Positions 38,620 through 51,767 of a DNA stretch of 64,000 bases are shown here, piece by piece. The stretch lies in assembly GCF_006345805.1 (NCBI RefSeq), contig NC_043002.1:9982001-10046000 (forward strand), written 5' to 3'. Both the position numbers and the translations under genes were made by a program. The stretch's first letter is position 1, and each line of letters begins with the position of its first letter. This DNA comes from Octopus sinensis (lineage: Eukaryota). The notes under the pieces are model-generated. The model had not been told where the DNA came from, ran no database searches, and was given only the letters and a program-made list of their open reading frames with translations.

Positions 38620-39590
38620 AGATTAGTAGATTAGATCGACTCGAGGACGCAACTGGTACTTAATTTATCGACCCCGAAAGGATGAAAGGCAAAGTCAACC
38701 TCGGCGGAATTTGCACTCACAACGTAGCGGCAGACGAAATACCTATTTCTTTCCTGTCCAAAAGGGACTACACGCAGAGGCGACAAACAATGACAGACAA
38801 ACGGATTAGGTCGATTAGATCGACTCGAGTACGCAACTGGTACTTAATTTATCGACCCCGAAAGGATGAAAGGCAAAGTCGACCTCGGCGGAATTTGCAC
38901 TCACAACGTAGCGGCAGACGAAATACCTATTTCTTTCCTGTCCAAAAGTGACTACACGCAGAGGGGACAAACAAGGACAGACAAATGGATTAAGTCGATT
39001 ATTTCGACCCCAGTGCGTAACTGGTACTTATTTAATCGACCCCGAGAGGATGAAAGGTAAAGCCGACCTAGACGAAATACCGCTTTTCGTCCGGCGTGAT
39101 AACGTTTCTGCCAGCTCACCGCCTTAATTCATCGAAATATTGAATTGCATAAGGCGGCGAGGTGGCAGAAACATTATCACGCCAGGCGAAAAGCTTAGGT
39201 GGTATTTCGTCTGACGTTACGTCCAGGGTTCAAATTCTGCCGAGGTCGACTTTGCCTGTTATCCCTTCGGGGTCGATAAATTAAGTACCAGTTACGCAGT
39301 GGTGTCGATGTAATCGACTTAATCCCTTTGTCTGTCCTTGTTTGTCCTCTCTATGTTTAGCCCCTTGCGGACAATAAAGAAATAAAAAACGTTAATGCTT
39401 AGCGGTATTTCGTCTGTCTACGTTCTGAGTTCAGATTCTGCCAGGGTTGACTTTGCCTTTCATCCTTTCGGGATCGATAAATTAAGTACCAGTTACGCAC
39501 TTGGATCGATGTAATCGACTCAATCCGTTTTTCTGTCCTTGCTTGTCCCCTCTATGTTTAGCCCCTTGTGGGTAATAAAGAAATAGGTAT
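38620..39590. mobile_element. SINE family B cluster (paralog of 17590-18830) with a local tandem duplication and a recombinational deletion
   Basis: - strand copies to about 39123 and + strand copies from about 39152. 38681-38865 is repeated at 38866-39050. Confidence 0.85.
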
Positions 39591-41478
39591 AATGGAAGAC
39601 AGAACTTCGAAATGGTCAACGTTTTCATGTATGATTTACATATGCAGGAATTCTAAAAGTGATACGGAAATTAGAAACATGTCATATCTTGCTGTTAAGC
39701 AGTGTGTATCGTTCTGAACGTAGTCGTGGGTGACAAGATGCGGTTCTACGGAGAAATTCAGCATTTTGTTCTTGAGTTCAGTTGTCTTTTAAAGAGATAT
39801 TAATTGTTAAATTGCATCAGTGTATAAGCATTGACTAGGGTCAAGTTCAGTCAACACGATCAGAAGATGAATAACATGAAAACTTACTCCGATATATAAG
39901 TTGATTCACGAAGGTATCGCCACCATCTATAACTCGAACAACTGGAAGCAAAGCTAATGGATATATATACATCTGTAGAAAAAGAGAAGCATGTTAAATA
40001 TCGCAATATTTATTAATTGTTTTCATTTGATTCTTGGTTTCTTATTTCTAAGAAATAATTGAGTACAACTGACATTTTCGAAATGATCAACATCAGGGTT
40101 TTAGTTGCATGTATATTTTACAAATTACCAGATTGGGTCAATTATGTTAGTCACAGCAAGATATCGAACATTAATTTATGTGGTTGGTCACAATCTTAAG
40201 AAAAAAACATTCAGAACTTCTTCTCATCCTAACCAAGTTTTTCAATGAATCTCTATTTACAGCGAACTATCTCTAGTTTTGGAATTATGTGATAGGCGGT
40301 CCTATCCTAAAGAAGGGCAGAATTTGTGACCCAGTTAATTATCTACATGATAGTATCATAATTAGTGTCTCAAAACAATATATAAATAATCTTTAAATTT
40401 CATTCAAGAACACCTCCCACCTCTTTCTGTCTACGATTCTTGGGCCTAGTCTAACACAAAAATATTATGAAAGACTACTCATCCTTGATTTATCCGGTAA
40501 CTGCAAAATCAATGTCATTATATTTATCATTGACAAAGCTCGTAACTGGGTTTGGATATCCTGACTCCGCTGCGTGCCTATGAAATCCCTCCGCCATTGG
40601 CATGTTGCCTGGGAAACCTCTTGTTAAATTGCCTTGTAGCAGCGTGTGCTGAAGGATCTCTCGCGACCAACACACTATCATCACTATTTGCCTTCTAATG
40701 TTCAGTTTTGATTCCAAAAGATATTACTGCTACGAGACAGTGTTGAACTTCCATCACTTCTATTTGAGGATAACAGGAGTTAAAGTTGTTCTGAATACCA
40801 GGCAGCACAGCCACTGATTTTATCTTCTGCCAATATTTTCATTCGTAACAGCTTAAACACATTCCAAAACTTGGCCTTTCTCTTTAGACTTAGAATGTGC
40901 TTCAGCTCTGAACGGCTGCCGAGCTTTCCTCTCAAGAAAGACGAATTGGTTAAATAATTTTTACTGTCCAATGGAAGAGATAGCTATAAGCATGCATCGA
41001 TAACTACGTACAATGTAACAATGACCACTGAATATCTTTTATATTTTATATTTGATATAAATCTTACTATGTATCGATCTCACCCATCTGGTTAACATTA
41101 ATTAATTAGCGTTAGCATTATGGCTAAAATGCTGGGAAATATTTCGTTCGTGTTTACGTTCTGAGTTCAAATTCCATCGTGGTCGGCTTTGCAGTTTATC
41201 CTTTCGGATCAATATAAAACTTAGCAGTTGAACATTGGGGTCGATGAAGTCGACTTAATTCTTCTCCCGAAATTACTGACTTTCTGTAACATTTCAAACT
41301 AATATTTATTAATTTGTGTCAACTTAGACGTTTCTTTGTAGTTGCCATATCTGCAAGAAATAGCAGTGGAATTGTTATCAAATCACTTATTTTAGTTGTG
41401 TGAAGACACCTTGGAAAATAAATGTAGTTATATACCAGTTACAGCTATTTCATTTCATTTCATTTCTAAAGTAAAATA

Positions 41479-41795
41479 GGCGTATGGCTCAGTGATTAGA
41501 GCATCGGTCTCTCAATCTTGAGATAGTGATTTCGATTTTACGACCGGGCTGTGGAGTGTGTCCTTGAGCAAGACACTTTGTTTCACGTTGCTACAGTTCA
41601 CCCATCTGTAGAACTCAGTTGCTAAGTTGTATCGGCTATTCCATTTCCCTTGAATAACATCGATGGCGTGAAGAAGGGATGCTGGTATGCATGGGCGATT
41701 GCTTGTCTCCCATAAACAACATTGCTCGGATTTGTGCTTCAGAAGGGACATTTCTAGGGGAAATCCTATAGTCATTTATGATCGTAGGGGTTCCT
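41479..41795 (+). mobile_element. SINE family C (paralog of 20184-20500)
   Basis: Near-identical to the copy-1 element. Confidence 0.85.
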
Positions 41796-42466
41796 TCCCT
41801 TTATTATCCTACATTACTGTTTTCAGCCATTGAACAACAGAAAATCTAGGACACTACCTTGTAGGGTTTAGCCTGTCAAATTGACATAAGTACTTGTTAT
41901 TCTTTTAACTGCTGCACTTAATCTATTGATAGACATCTGCCGAACCGCTGGGCAATAGTGACGTTCAACAAACTGACACCAGCTGTTAACATGGAAGAGT
42001 TGAGGACAAATGCTAAGATGCCCTTATTCGAACCCACAAGCACACACATCGACGGAATTCTCCACAGTTTCTGTCTGACAAACACACACATAAGGATTTG
42101 TTTGGGTTAGAGTTACTGACACTCAATGAAGGTACCTTGGCGTGAGAGGCAACTTGAGAACGCAGGGTTAAGATGCAAACTTCTTGACCAGGTTGACACG
42201 AAGGATCCTATTAAATAATATCCCGAGGAAAAACATTGAATATCGTAGTTCATATTCCATGCCTTGAAAATATGAAAAATTTGTCGAAAGGTGAAAATAT
42301 TTCATTGGATTAGAACATGAACAATTGGATAAAAAATTACCAAAAGCAGAATGGAAATCTTACCCAATATATCGGCAGCATTTCATTCAGCTTGTGTTGG
42401 TCGATATTTCAATTAATTGATTGCAATAATTCAGTACAGAACCATATGTACAGTTTCACATCGATC

Positions 42467-42516
<50 letters not shown>

Positions 42517-42517
<1 letters not shown>

Positions 42518-43380
42518 CGATGGCAAGAAAAGCCTCTTCATGGTAAATACTGGACTAAACTAAACGCAAAAGAAATAGACAAAGAAAAATCCCAGCAATG
42601 GTTGAGAAGCTCAGGACTCAAAGTAGAAACAGAGGGATTTTTAATTGCAGCACAAGACCAAAGCCTCCCCACCAGAAATTACCAAAAACATGTAATGAAA
42701 AGAAATATTACAAGTAACTGCAGAATATGTGGAGATGGACAAGAAACAATAAATCATATTATCTCTAGCTGCCCAGTACTGGCTAAGAAGGAATATATTC
42801 ACAGACATGACAGAGTTGGAACCTACATACATTGGAAGCTATGCCAACATTATGGAATAACAACAGAAAAAAGATGGTATAGGCACACACCAGAAAAGGT
42901 CACAGAAAACGAGAAAGCAACCATACTCTGGGATATGCCGATACACACAGATAGAGAAATTAAGGCCAACAGACCAGATATAGTTGTCAGAGATCATGGG
43001 GAAAAAATGCTTTCTAATTGATGTATCAATACCGGCAGATGACAACGTGTCTCTAAAAGAAATGGAGAAACTCTCAAAATACAAAGACCTGGAAATAGAG
43101 GTAACTAGAATGTGGAATCTGAAAACAGAAACAATTCCTATCATAGTAGGTGCATTAGGCATGATAAAAAAATATTCAGACAAATACATAACAAAAACAC
43201 CAGGACTTACAAACACATATAACATACAGAAAATTGCACTACTAGGTACTGCACACATCCTACGCAGAACACTTTCCATACAATAACCATCAGAGCATCA
43301 CAACAAATCACAGCACATACCCAAGGCACACAGAGCTGCGCTCGGTAGTGAAGTGAAAGCACGCTATAAAAATAAAACTA

Positions 43381-43383
<3 letters not shown>
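42517..43383 (+). mobile_element. R4/Dong-type non-LTR retrotransposon, young 5'-truncated copy inserted in (AAT)n
   Basis: WQEKPLHGKY, ETEGFLIAAQDQSLPTRNY, CRICGDGQETINHIISSCP, RHDRVG, RPDIVV, LIDVSIPAD, KLSKYKDL, IPIIVGALG, ALLGTAHILRR. One frameshift in an A-run at about 43000. Absent from the paralogous tract at 21180-21260. Confidence 0.96.
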
Positions 43384-43414
<31 letters not shown>

Positions 43415-43458
43415 TTAATAATAATAATAATGATAATAATAATAATAATAATAATAAT

Positions 43459-43489
<31 letters not shown>

Positions 43490-43537
43490 GTAGTAGTAGT
43501 AGTAATAATAACAATAATGATATTAATAATAATAATA

Positions 43538-44620
43538 AAATGAGCAAGTATAAAGATCTTGAAACAGAAATTAGCAAAATGTGGAACGTAAAACTAACAC
43601 ATTATCTGTTGTCATAGGTGACATAGGAATGATAGCAAAACGGGCTGATTGCTAACCAGCTCAGATACCAGGCAACTAAAAAATGGCAGAAATTTAAAAG
43701 TTAGTTCTCATGGGAACTGCCCATATCCTACGTAAAATACTGTCTATGTCATCTCAAATTTTAAAACATATTTATGATTTTCTTATGTTTTCTTAAAAAT
43801 TCTGTAGAAGAATATTATGTGCAAAACCAAGTATATGCCACCCTGCGCAAAGCATCAACATGAACTTCTAACTTGTTGTCTTTTGAGGTCTCTGGAGAAG
43901 ACTTGGAGCCATCTTGTGCAAATTCAAAGCAAAAGTCAAACATATAATGATAATAATAGTAATAATAACAACAACAACAATAATAATAATGGATGATTAA
44001 AGTGAAACGGTGCTGCCCAAGAGCAAGCATTAAGAACAAATTATATCACATGCCGAATAAACAACACATCAGAGAGTGACACGTGTAGAATTTGTGAAAA
44101 AAGTGGTGAAACCGTATGGCATATTACCAGTCAATATATGACATTAACACAGAAAGAATGTAAGAGACGTTATGACAATAGAGGATGGGTTGTCCATTGG
44201 ACACTGCAACAGGTATGAACTTTAAAGAGCAAAAAATGGTGCAAACATAACCCCGAACGTATCATCAAAAAGGATAATGCAACGATTGTATGGGATTTTA
44301 TGAGTCAGTTCGACCATGCGATAGAGAATAGGAAACCAGTGTTTATTGAGAAATCAAGGTAAATTGAGAAAGAAAGCAAACGATGCCGGATCATAGATAT
44401 CGCATGCCCAGCTGACAACAAGGTATGCGATAAGGAAGAAAGAAAAGTCGATAGATATTTCAGGTTAGCTTGGGAGGTTAAGCAGTTGTGGTCGATGAAA
44501 AAGGTGGTAGTAGTACCAATAATTGTCGGAGCCCTGGAAACAGTGAGCAAAAATCTTGAGAAGTACATGGAAAAAATATGGACTGCACTACGAGTGGATC
44601 ACTTGCGGCTTTTGGATTAC
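43538..44620 (+). mobile_element. Two older R4/Dong fragments (43538-43948 and 43989-44620)
   Basis: Paralogs of 21261-21669 and 21769-22400. Confidence 0.85.
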
Positions 44621-45259
44621 TTTTTCTGGAAAGCTAATAAGTATGAAATATTTTAACGACTCTACTCATTAAAAGCAAAATTATTTCTGCCATGGAACTG
44701 GTATTGTAATCTCCTTCAATTATTATATAATTCTTTATCGAACCTGACTGCCAAAACATAACATTGCACATTTTTACTTACCGTACTAAGTTGAACGTAA
44801 CTACATTGGAGATAAAAAATCATATGATAAATTTTCGAATACCTACAAAACGATTAGCCTATTGCAGACAACAGCTGTTAGCAGTATTTCATAATAAATA
44901 TCTTTCGGGTCTTCATGAAAATAGCAATTGCATCTTAGAACTTGTTCTTGATTTATCATGTGAGTCATAAAATGTCATATGCAAATTTATTATAATGGAC
45001 AAAATTTGTTCCATTTCCTCCCGTTATCAGATTTTGAATGGCAATCACTAAGAAAGTTCCAAATAGTATATTTTTTTAATAAAATAAATAAAATATTTTC
45101 CTCAGTCTAGTAGATAATTTAGCTAATGACAACACTTTTAAAATTTACTGCTAAATCTTCAATTTTTAAATTGTTTTCTTTTTTATACACGTAATAAATG
45201 ATAATGTGTACGATATACTTACATCATCATCTAAATGATTCCTCTTTTATTTCTATAAG

Positions 45260-45665
45260 TCATTTGACTGCGGCCATGCTGGAATGACACCTTGACTCGA
45301 ATAAATCGACCCCAGGACTTATTCTTTGTAAGCCTAGTACTTATTGTATTGGTCTCTTTTACCGAACACACCAACGTCGGTTGTCAAGCGATATATATAT
45401 ATATATACACATGTATGTATTTGTTGTTTGTGTCTGTGTTTGTTCCCCACCATCGCTTGACAACCGACGCTGGTGTGTTCATATGTACATAGATATATAT
45501 ATATACGACGGCCTTCGTTCAGTTTTCATCTACCAAATCTACTCACAAGGCTTTGGTCGGCCCGAGGCTATAGTAGAAGACACCTGCCCAAGTTGCCACG
45601 CAGTGGGATTGAAACCGTTGCCACGCAGTGGGATTGAAACCATTACCACACAGCCACTCCTGCAC
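45260..45665 (-). mobile_element. SINE family A with an internal inversion and a short tandem duplication
   Basis: About 45420-45480 is inverted relative to the copy-1 paralog. TGCCACGCAGTGGGATTGAAACC is repeated at about 45594 and 45619. Confidence 0.8.
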
Positions 45666-46406
45666 TTTCTGGTTGATTATTTAAAATGTATTAAAAATTT
45701 TATATTTTGCTATGTTTCACATGTTCACAATTGTATAGTATTCGAGATTTTAGTACTGCAAAACTGCAAAGGCGGCGAGCTGGCAGAATCGGTAGCAAAC
45801 CGGGCGAAATGCTTAGTGGTGTTTCGTCAGCCTTTAAGTTCTGACTTCAAATTTCCTCGGGGTCGATTTTGCCTTTCTTCCTTTCGGGGTCGATAAATTA
45901 AGTACCAGTTGCGTACTGAGGTCATTCTAATCGACTGGCCTCATCCCACCAAATTTCAGGCGTTGTGCCTACAGTAGAAAAGATTCTAGATTATTTTAAG
46001 CTGGCGAGCTGGAAGAAACGTTAGCAAGCCGGGCAAAATGCATAGCGGTATACCAGTTGCGTACGGGTGTCGATCTAATTGATTGGCCTCCTTCCCCCCA
46101 AAAAATTTCAGTCTCAATGTAATCCGTTTGGTTTTCAACTGACAAGAGAACTCCAGTGATTATAACCAAGAACCATATTTGGAAGAATTTCAACACACAT
46201 TTTCCGAAGAGGAATCTCAACTCAATAAAGCTACCCTGAGCACCCAGCCTTTTTTTATATTTCGATAGGTTGAATGAAACAAAAATTGAAATAAATTTGA
46301 AGAATCACACCAATTATATATTGTATTACTTATTTAGATACATGCCAGGTTGATATTAATTTGCATCCAGAATTCTATAATGAACGCATAACAGCTATTT
46401 TAATAA

Positions 46407-46823
46407 GGCGGTGAGCTGGCAGAAACGTTAGCACGCCGGGCGAAATGCTTAGCGGTATTTCGTCTGCGTTACGTTGTGAGTTCAAATTCCGCCGAGGTCG
46501 ACTTTGCCTTTCATCCTTTCGGGGTCGATAAATTAAGTACCAGTTACGCACTGGGGTCGATGTAATCGACTTAATACCTATGTCTGTCCTTGTTTGTCCC
46601 CTCTGTTTTTAGCCCCTTGTGGGTAATAAAGAAATAGGTATTTCATCTGCCGCTACGTTCTGAGTTCAAATTGCCCCGAGGCCGACTTTGCCTTTCATCC
46701 TTTCGGGGTTGATTAAATAAGTACCAGTTACGCACTGGGGTCGATATAATCGGCTTAATCCGTTTGTCTGTCTTTGTTTGTCCTCTCTGTGTTTAGTCCC
46801 TTGTGGGTAGTAAAGCAATACGT
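46407..46823 (+). mobile_element. Dimeric SINE family B with a 15-bp or longer TSD
   Basis: Monomers 46407-46638 and about 46637-46823. ATAACAGCTATTTTA at 46388-46402 and 46824-46838. Confidence 0.88.
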
Positions 46824-47277
46824 ATAACAGCTATTTTATAAACGAAAATATGTCTAAGACCCAGCCAACACAGGAAACACCATAAAATCCTTATTAGATA
46901 ATTATTATTATATATTCGTAATCACAGCCATAACAAATGTTATATTCACTTGAATTATCAAAACCACCACCTCCATCAGCTGCGGCGTCGATAAAGGATA
47001 CTATAATTTTCAGCTCGTTGGAAAGAGCTACAAGTATAACCCAATGGACATCTTCAGAGGTCAGACTCTTCTGGAGACAGAGTGGGGTCAAGTGGTGTGT
47101 GTCAGGAGGGCTCTTTTAAAATACGGTCAACGAAATGAGGGATCATCATTATGGAGTAACTTAAAAGCCAACAAGTAAAAAATGGGAATACAATTCCAGG
47201 TTGAAAAGTTCTCGAGGGAGATGATATGAGTTTTGTTACCCGTACTGGGTTGCATTCTTCAAAATATACTGAGCCAG

Positions 47278-47799
47278 AGAACAGTGCGAGTTCTGTCAAG
47301 TTGGTCTAAAACCATCTTATTTAAGTTTAAAATTCTCTCACCATTTCTCTGATTCTTGGCAATGTTTTTGTCTTTAATTAGTTTGCTTCACTAATCCTGC
47401 TGTCGCCCCGATCCAGAGTAAGCCTGACTCTGACTGGAATTATTTTTCGGAATATAATGAGTCTCCTGGAATACATTGAAATTATCGATTCTGAGAAATA
47501 TAAACACCCAATGACTAGCAAAATGGAATCTAGATGCTTCTGTAGGTGTTAGCTTGCAGACAAAATATTCTCGACCAACTTGACAGAATCGATAATTTCA
47601 ATGTATTCCAGGAGACTCATTATATTCCGAAAAATAATTCCAGTCAGAGTCAGGCTTACTCTGGATCGGGGCGACAGCAGGATTAGTAAAGCAAACTAAT
47701 TAAAGACAAAAACATTGCCAAGAATCAGAGAAATGGTGAGAGAATTTTAAACTTAAATAAGATAATTTTAGACCAACTTGAGAGAACTTACACTGTTCT
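47278..47799. repeat. Inverted repeat, 216-bp arms, 90-bp spacer
   Basis: 47278-47493 is the reverse complement of 47584-47799 with only a few mismatches. Confidence 0.93.
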
Positions 47800-48630
47800 G
47801 TACCACAGACTATTTGCCAGATTTTGAAGATCAGAGATTTATGAAGAATATGGTTCAACACAAGAGGTTCCAGTTCTCTCAAAGTGACTACAAAGTATTT
47901 TAACAATTCAAAACCTTAATTTCAATGAATCACGGAAGATATTTTGCACTTTTGTACAAATATGCCACGAACAGATCTCTTTGTCAAATAAATGAATAAA
48001 TAAATAAATAACCAAAGATGTCTCCTTCGTACTCATCAGAAGTATGTACAGTCCCCACCGCAGCAAAAAAAAAAAAGTACTAAAGCTGTTTCATAAATTT
48101 TGTGAACTATAATCATCGTTTCATGTAATTAACTTGAACAGTGAACATTCACATCAATTACTAATCGAAAGACTTGGAAGAGATGCTTAGATTTAAAACC
48201 AATAATGATACAATAATGATAAAAATAGCAGATAAACACAATACTAGCGTCATTAGCGTTTTGAGAAGATGACACATTATGTTAAAAAAAGGCAACAAAT
48301 ATGATGAAAAAATGAAAAAAAAGCAATAATAAAATAGTAAGAAATTTACGAAGAAATCTGTCACCTTCACTCATATAAGCCGAAAATTGTTAGCAGAAAA
48401 GGAATGTGATTATTCACTAAAATAGGAACGTGAAACTAATAATGTCTACGAATTCCCAAAAGTGTACAAAAGTAGAAAAAGGAAAATCGTAAAAAGAGTT
48501 GCAAAATTGATGTAGATATGGCGGTGTGGTTAAAGGATTCCATTTGCTATCACTCGTCTTTTGCTATAGCACAAAGCCGACTCATATCTTATTAGTGAAT
48601 TTGGTAGACGGTGAAAATATAGACGCCTCT

Positions 48631-48673
<43 letters not shown>

Positions 48674-48769
48674 TACATACATACATACATACATACATAC
48701 ATACATACATACATACATGCATACATACATACATACATACATACGTACGTACGTGCATACGTACGTATG

Positions 48770-48789
<20 letters not shown>

Positions 48790-48800
<11 letters not shown>

Positions 48801-49800
48801 TGTGCAGATTTTTATGTTTTGTTTTATGGATGTATTCTCATACATATATTTACATATCTAGACATGCTCATATACCTTTAAATAGTAAAGTTCTAGAAAG
48901 TTTTACAGTTCTAGTGATGGATTTGATCTGTAGTTTTCGAATTAGCTTCCTCCTTTCTGGTTTTGAGAAGCATAATTTCTCAAGATTGGTATTTAAGCAG
49001 TGTGTTACATATCTCACGGCCCCTAAAATGACAGGAATAAACCTGAATTTTTAATCTGAATAGAGTAACTACAGATTTCTCAATAGTTCAGCGTAGGTGT
49101 TCTCTTTTTCACTGATCTCCAGCTTTATGTTAACATCCGCCGTGAAGCTAATTTCCACAAATGTGCACAGTTTCTCTTCTCTGTCTCAAATTATGATATC
49201 AGGTCTGTTATGCTTACATTTTATTGAAGTCTTCAATTGGACATTCCACCAGTACTCCTTTTTTATTATGAGTGGCTATGGCTTCTATCATATTGTGGGT
49301 TCTTATTTCTTTGTCTTCGTGTGTATCCTTCCGACGGGTTTCATTATAGAGTGCCTTAGCTATAGCATCATGTCTCATCAGTAGATAATATCGTGATGAC
49401 ATTTTCGGACAACTGCTTATGATGTGGATGATATTTTCGGTGATAACTCCACAGTCTGCATCGGTTGTCACATCTTTCTTCTCTTCCTAGTCGTCTCTAT
49501 CTATTTTGTGCATCAGGTACTTGGTTGATACTTCCTGTTCCTGGACTGCAAATGCATACCCTTCAAAACGTGAGGTAGTAATCCGGCCATTGGTCCAGGA
49601 TAAACTCCTTTGATAATCAATGTTATTATCATCTCAGAACTTTCTACTAACATGTCCATGCATTGTATTCTGCTGATATAGGCTCGCCCTTTCATCTGAT
49701 GATATGTTGCGGTAGGATCGAGCAACTTTGGGTATGTATCCTAGGTTATCAGAGAAGGAATGTTCCTGAAGGAGTTACCTTCCAAGTCTTATGATGTTAT
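48790..49800 (-). mobile_element. R4/Dong-type non-LTR 3' fragment, decayed
   Basis: ORF 49214-49471 ENIIHIISSCPKMSSRYYLLMRHDAIAK (knuckle plus RHD). The 3' region is shared with 49865-50340. Confidence 0.85.
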
Positions 49801-49864
49801 CAGCCTCATGTATGCACACTTGGTCACGAGAGATACTTCGACACTTGGTGGTTGAAAGATGTTG

Positions 49865-50340
49865 CCCAAGGTATGTATGTCATTATTCAATTTATTTCAA
49901 GATTTCTTGCCAATAAAGAACCGCTTTCTAACCTAGATCCAAAGCTCCGTCATTGGAATTTCAACATCAACACCAGGTTTGTTTGTTTATATGCATGTAT
50001 GTATGTATGCATGTATGTGCAGATTTGTATGTTTATGTATGTATTCTCATGCATATAATTGCATATCTAGACATGCTCATATATGTATTTAAATGATAAA
50101 CGCCGGGAAAGTTTTACAGACTTTTACAGTTCCAGTGATGGATTGGATCTATAGTCTTCGAATTAGCTTTCTCTTTTCTCGTTATGGGCAGCCTAATTTC
50201 TCAAGATTGGGTATTTAGGCAGTGTGTTACATATCCCGGAGCCCCAATAATTACAAATATAATCCTGAACTTGTTATCTGGTTAGAGTAAATGCAGATTT
50301 CTCAATAGTTCAGCGTTGGTGTTCTCTTTTTCACTGATCT
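49865..50340 (-). mobile_element. R4/Dong-type 3' end with full 3' UTR and (CATA)n tail
   Basis: Aligns with 48790-49110 and 13118-13320; ends GAATAATGACATACATAC. Confidence 0.75.
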
Positions 50341-51059
50341 TACTGGTAAATAACAGTTCTAAGAAGGAGAAAACAAACCCCACAACTTCAGCTATTATTT
50401 GCAACCATTTAATTGCTTAATTTTAATTCTATAAATTTTAAAATTAGTTTTAAATACTTTGATTATATCGTATAAACATTTCTTTATATTAATCATTAGC
50501 ACTCCTGATTACCTATTTTTTATTGGTAATTTCGACCGTTAATTTATAGAAATTACTTTGTTATGACTTAAATTATATGAGTATTTTATTATGACTTTCG
50601 TTGTATTTCATTTCTTTTTTGTGTTGGTGTCTTGAATAATTAATGTTCTTTATTAATTTTACAATTCTTCTGTATTTCTTTAACATCATAACATTTAATT
50701 TCGATGTCAGTATTTTATTATTTATTGTCTGCGTAGTCGTGGCTGAATGCTAAGAAGCTTGTTTCCCAACCGCGTGGTTCTTGATTCATTCTCCCTGCGT
50801 GGCACCTTGGACAACTGTCTGCTATAAAAGCCTCGAGTAACCAAGGCCTTTTGAGTGGATTTGGTAAACGGAAAATGAAAGAAGCTCGTCGTACATGTCT
50901 TCCTCTATCTGTCTCTCTCTCTCTCCCACTCCTACCCACTTTCGTCACTGCTAATTCTTTCGCCTGTTGCCTTCAGGCCGTAAGGTCATGTTTCCCAGCG
51001 CTCGCTAGTTACCTTCTCGTCCCCGCCAGAACAAAGGCCTTCGTTCGTCTTTTTCGTTT

Positions 51060-51560
51060 GTTCTCTTGTTTATTTTGATTTCTCGTATTGTAATTTAATT
51101 CTCGTTTTGTATTTTCTTGTACATGTATCTTTAATTTTGTATTCTTTTTCTTGTATTTTTTTTGTGCAGTTCTTTGTTACGTCCCTTTTTGTGTTACATT
51201 TTTTCTTGCTCGTTTTACCCCTCTACGAGGTTATTTTATTTTAATTCTCTCGTAGGAAGGCTTAGCAACCCTAGACGTGTCCTGTCTTGCCTTCGAAACA
51301 CGCTATGTCTGCTAGCGACAGCTGATGAAGGGGATTTTTCCTTGTGCAGCATGTCCTGTACTTCGTTTTTCTGCTGTACATAATTGTTTTTCCCGTTTTC
51401 GTTTCGTCTTGTTCCACGTCTCTGTCCTTCTGTTGTAAGAAAATGGCTTTTCCGTTTTCGTTTCTGTTGATTTTTACGTCTTCTTGTGGTGTCCTGTACG
51501 TATATATATTTATATATGCATGTATATATACATGTAGATGTCGGTACGTACATATATGTT
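51060..51560 (+). mobile_element. PLE-like pseudo-LTR with hammerhead-related motifs
   Basis: GAAGGC...GCCTTC-GAAAC-ACGCTAT-GTC-TGCTAGCGACAG-CTGATGA-AGGGG at about 51256-51333. The 3' part aligns with the reverse complements of 29130-29330 and 38030-38190. Confidence 0.6.
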
Positions 51561-51588
51561 TGTATGTATGCATATATTTTATTTATTA

Positions 51589-51726
<138 letters not shown>

Positions 51727-51767
51727 GGTGTGTGTGTGGGTGTGTGTGTGTGTGTGTGTCTTTGTGC

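Larger units (their letters stand above)
29375..45522 (+). repeat. Direct duplication, copy 2 (about 16 kb, with extra insertions)
   Basis: Collinear with 10088-23262. Extra solo LTR, Dong insert, 34231-38235 block and 40697-41423 segment. Confidence 0.95.

Noticed and set aside
42317-43021. 234-aa ORF fusing a unique N-terminus through poly-Asn to an RLE domain (similar fusion at 21027-21341)
   Set aside because: Expected by chance when Dong elements insert in (AAT)n; there is no evidence of expression, and the downstream part is frameshifted.
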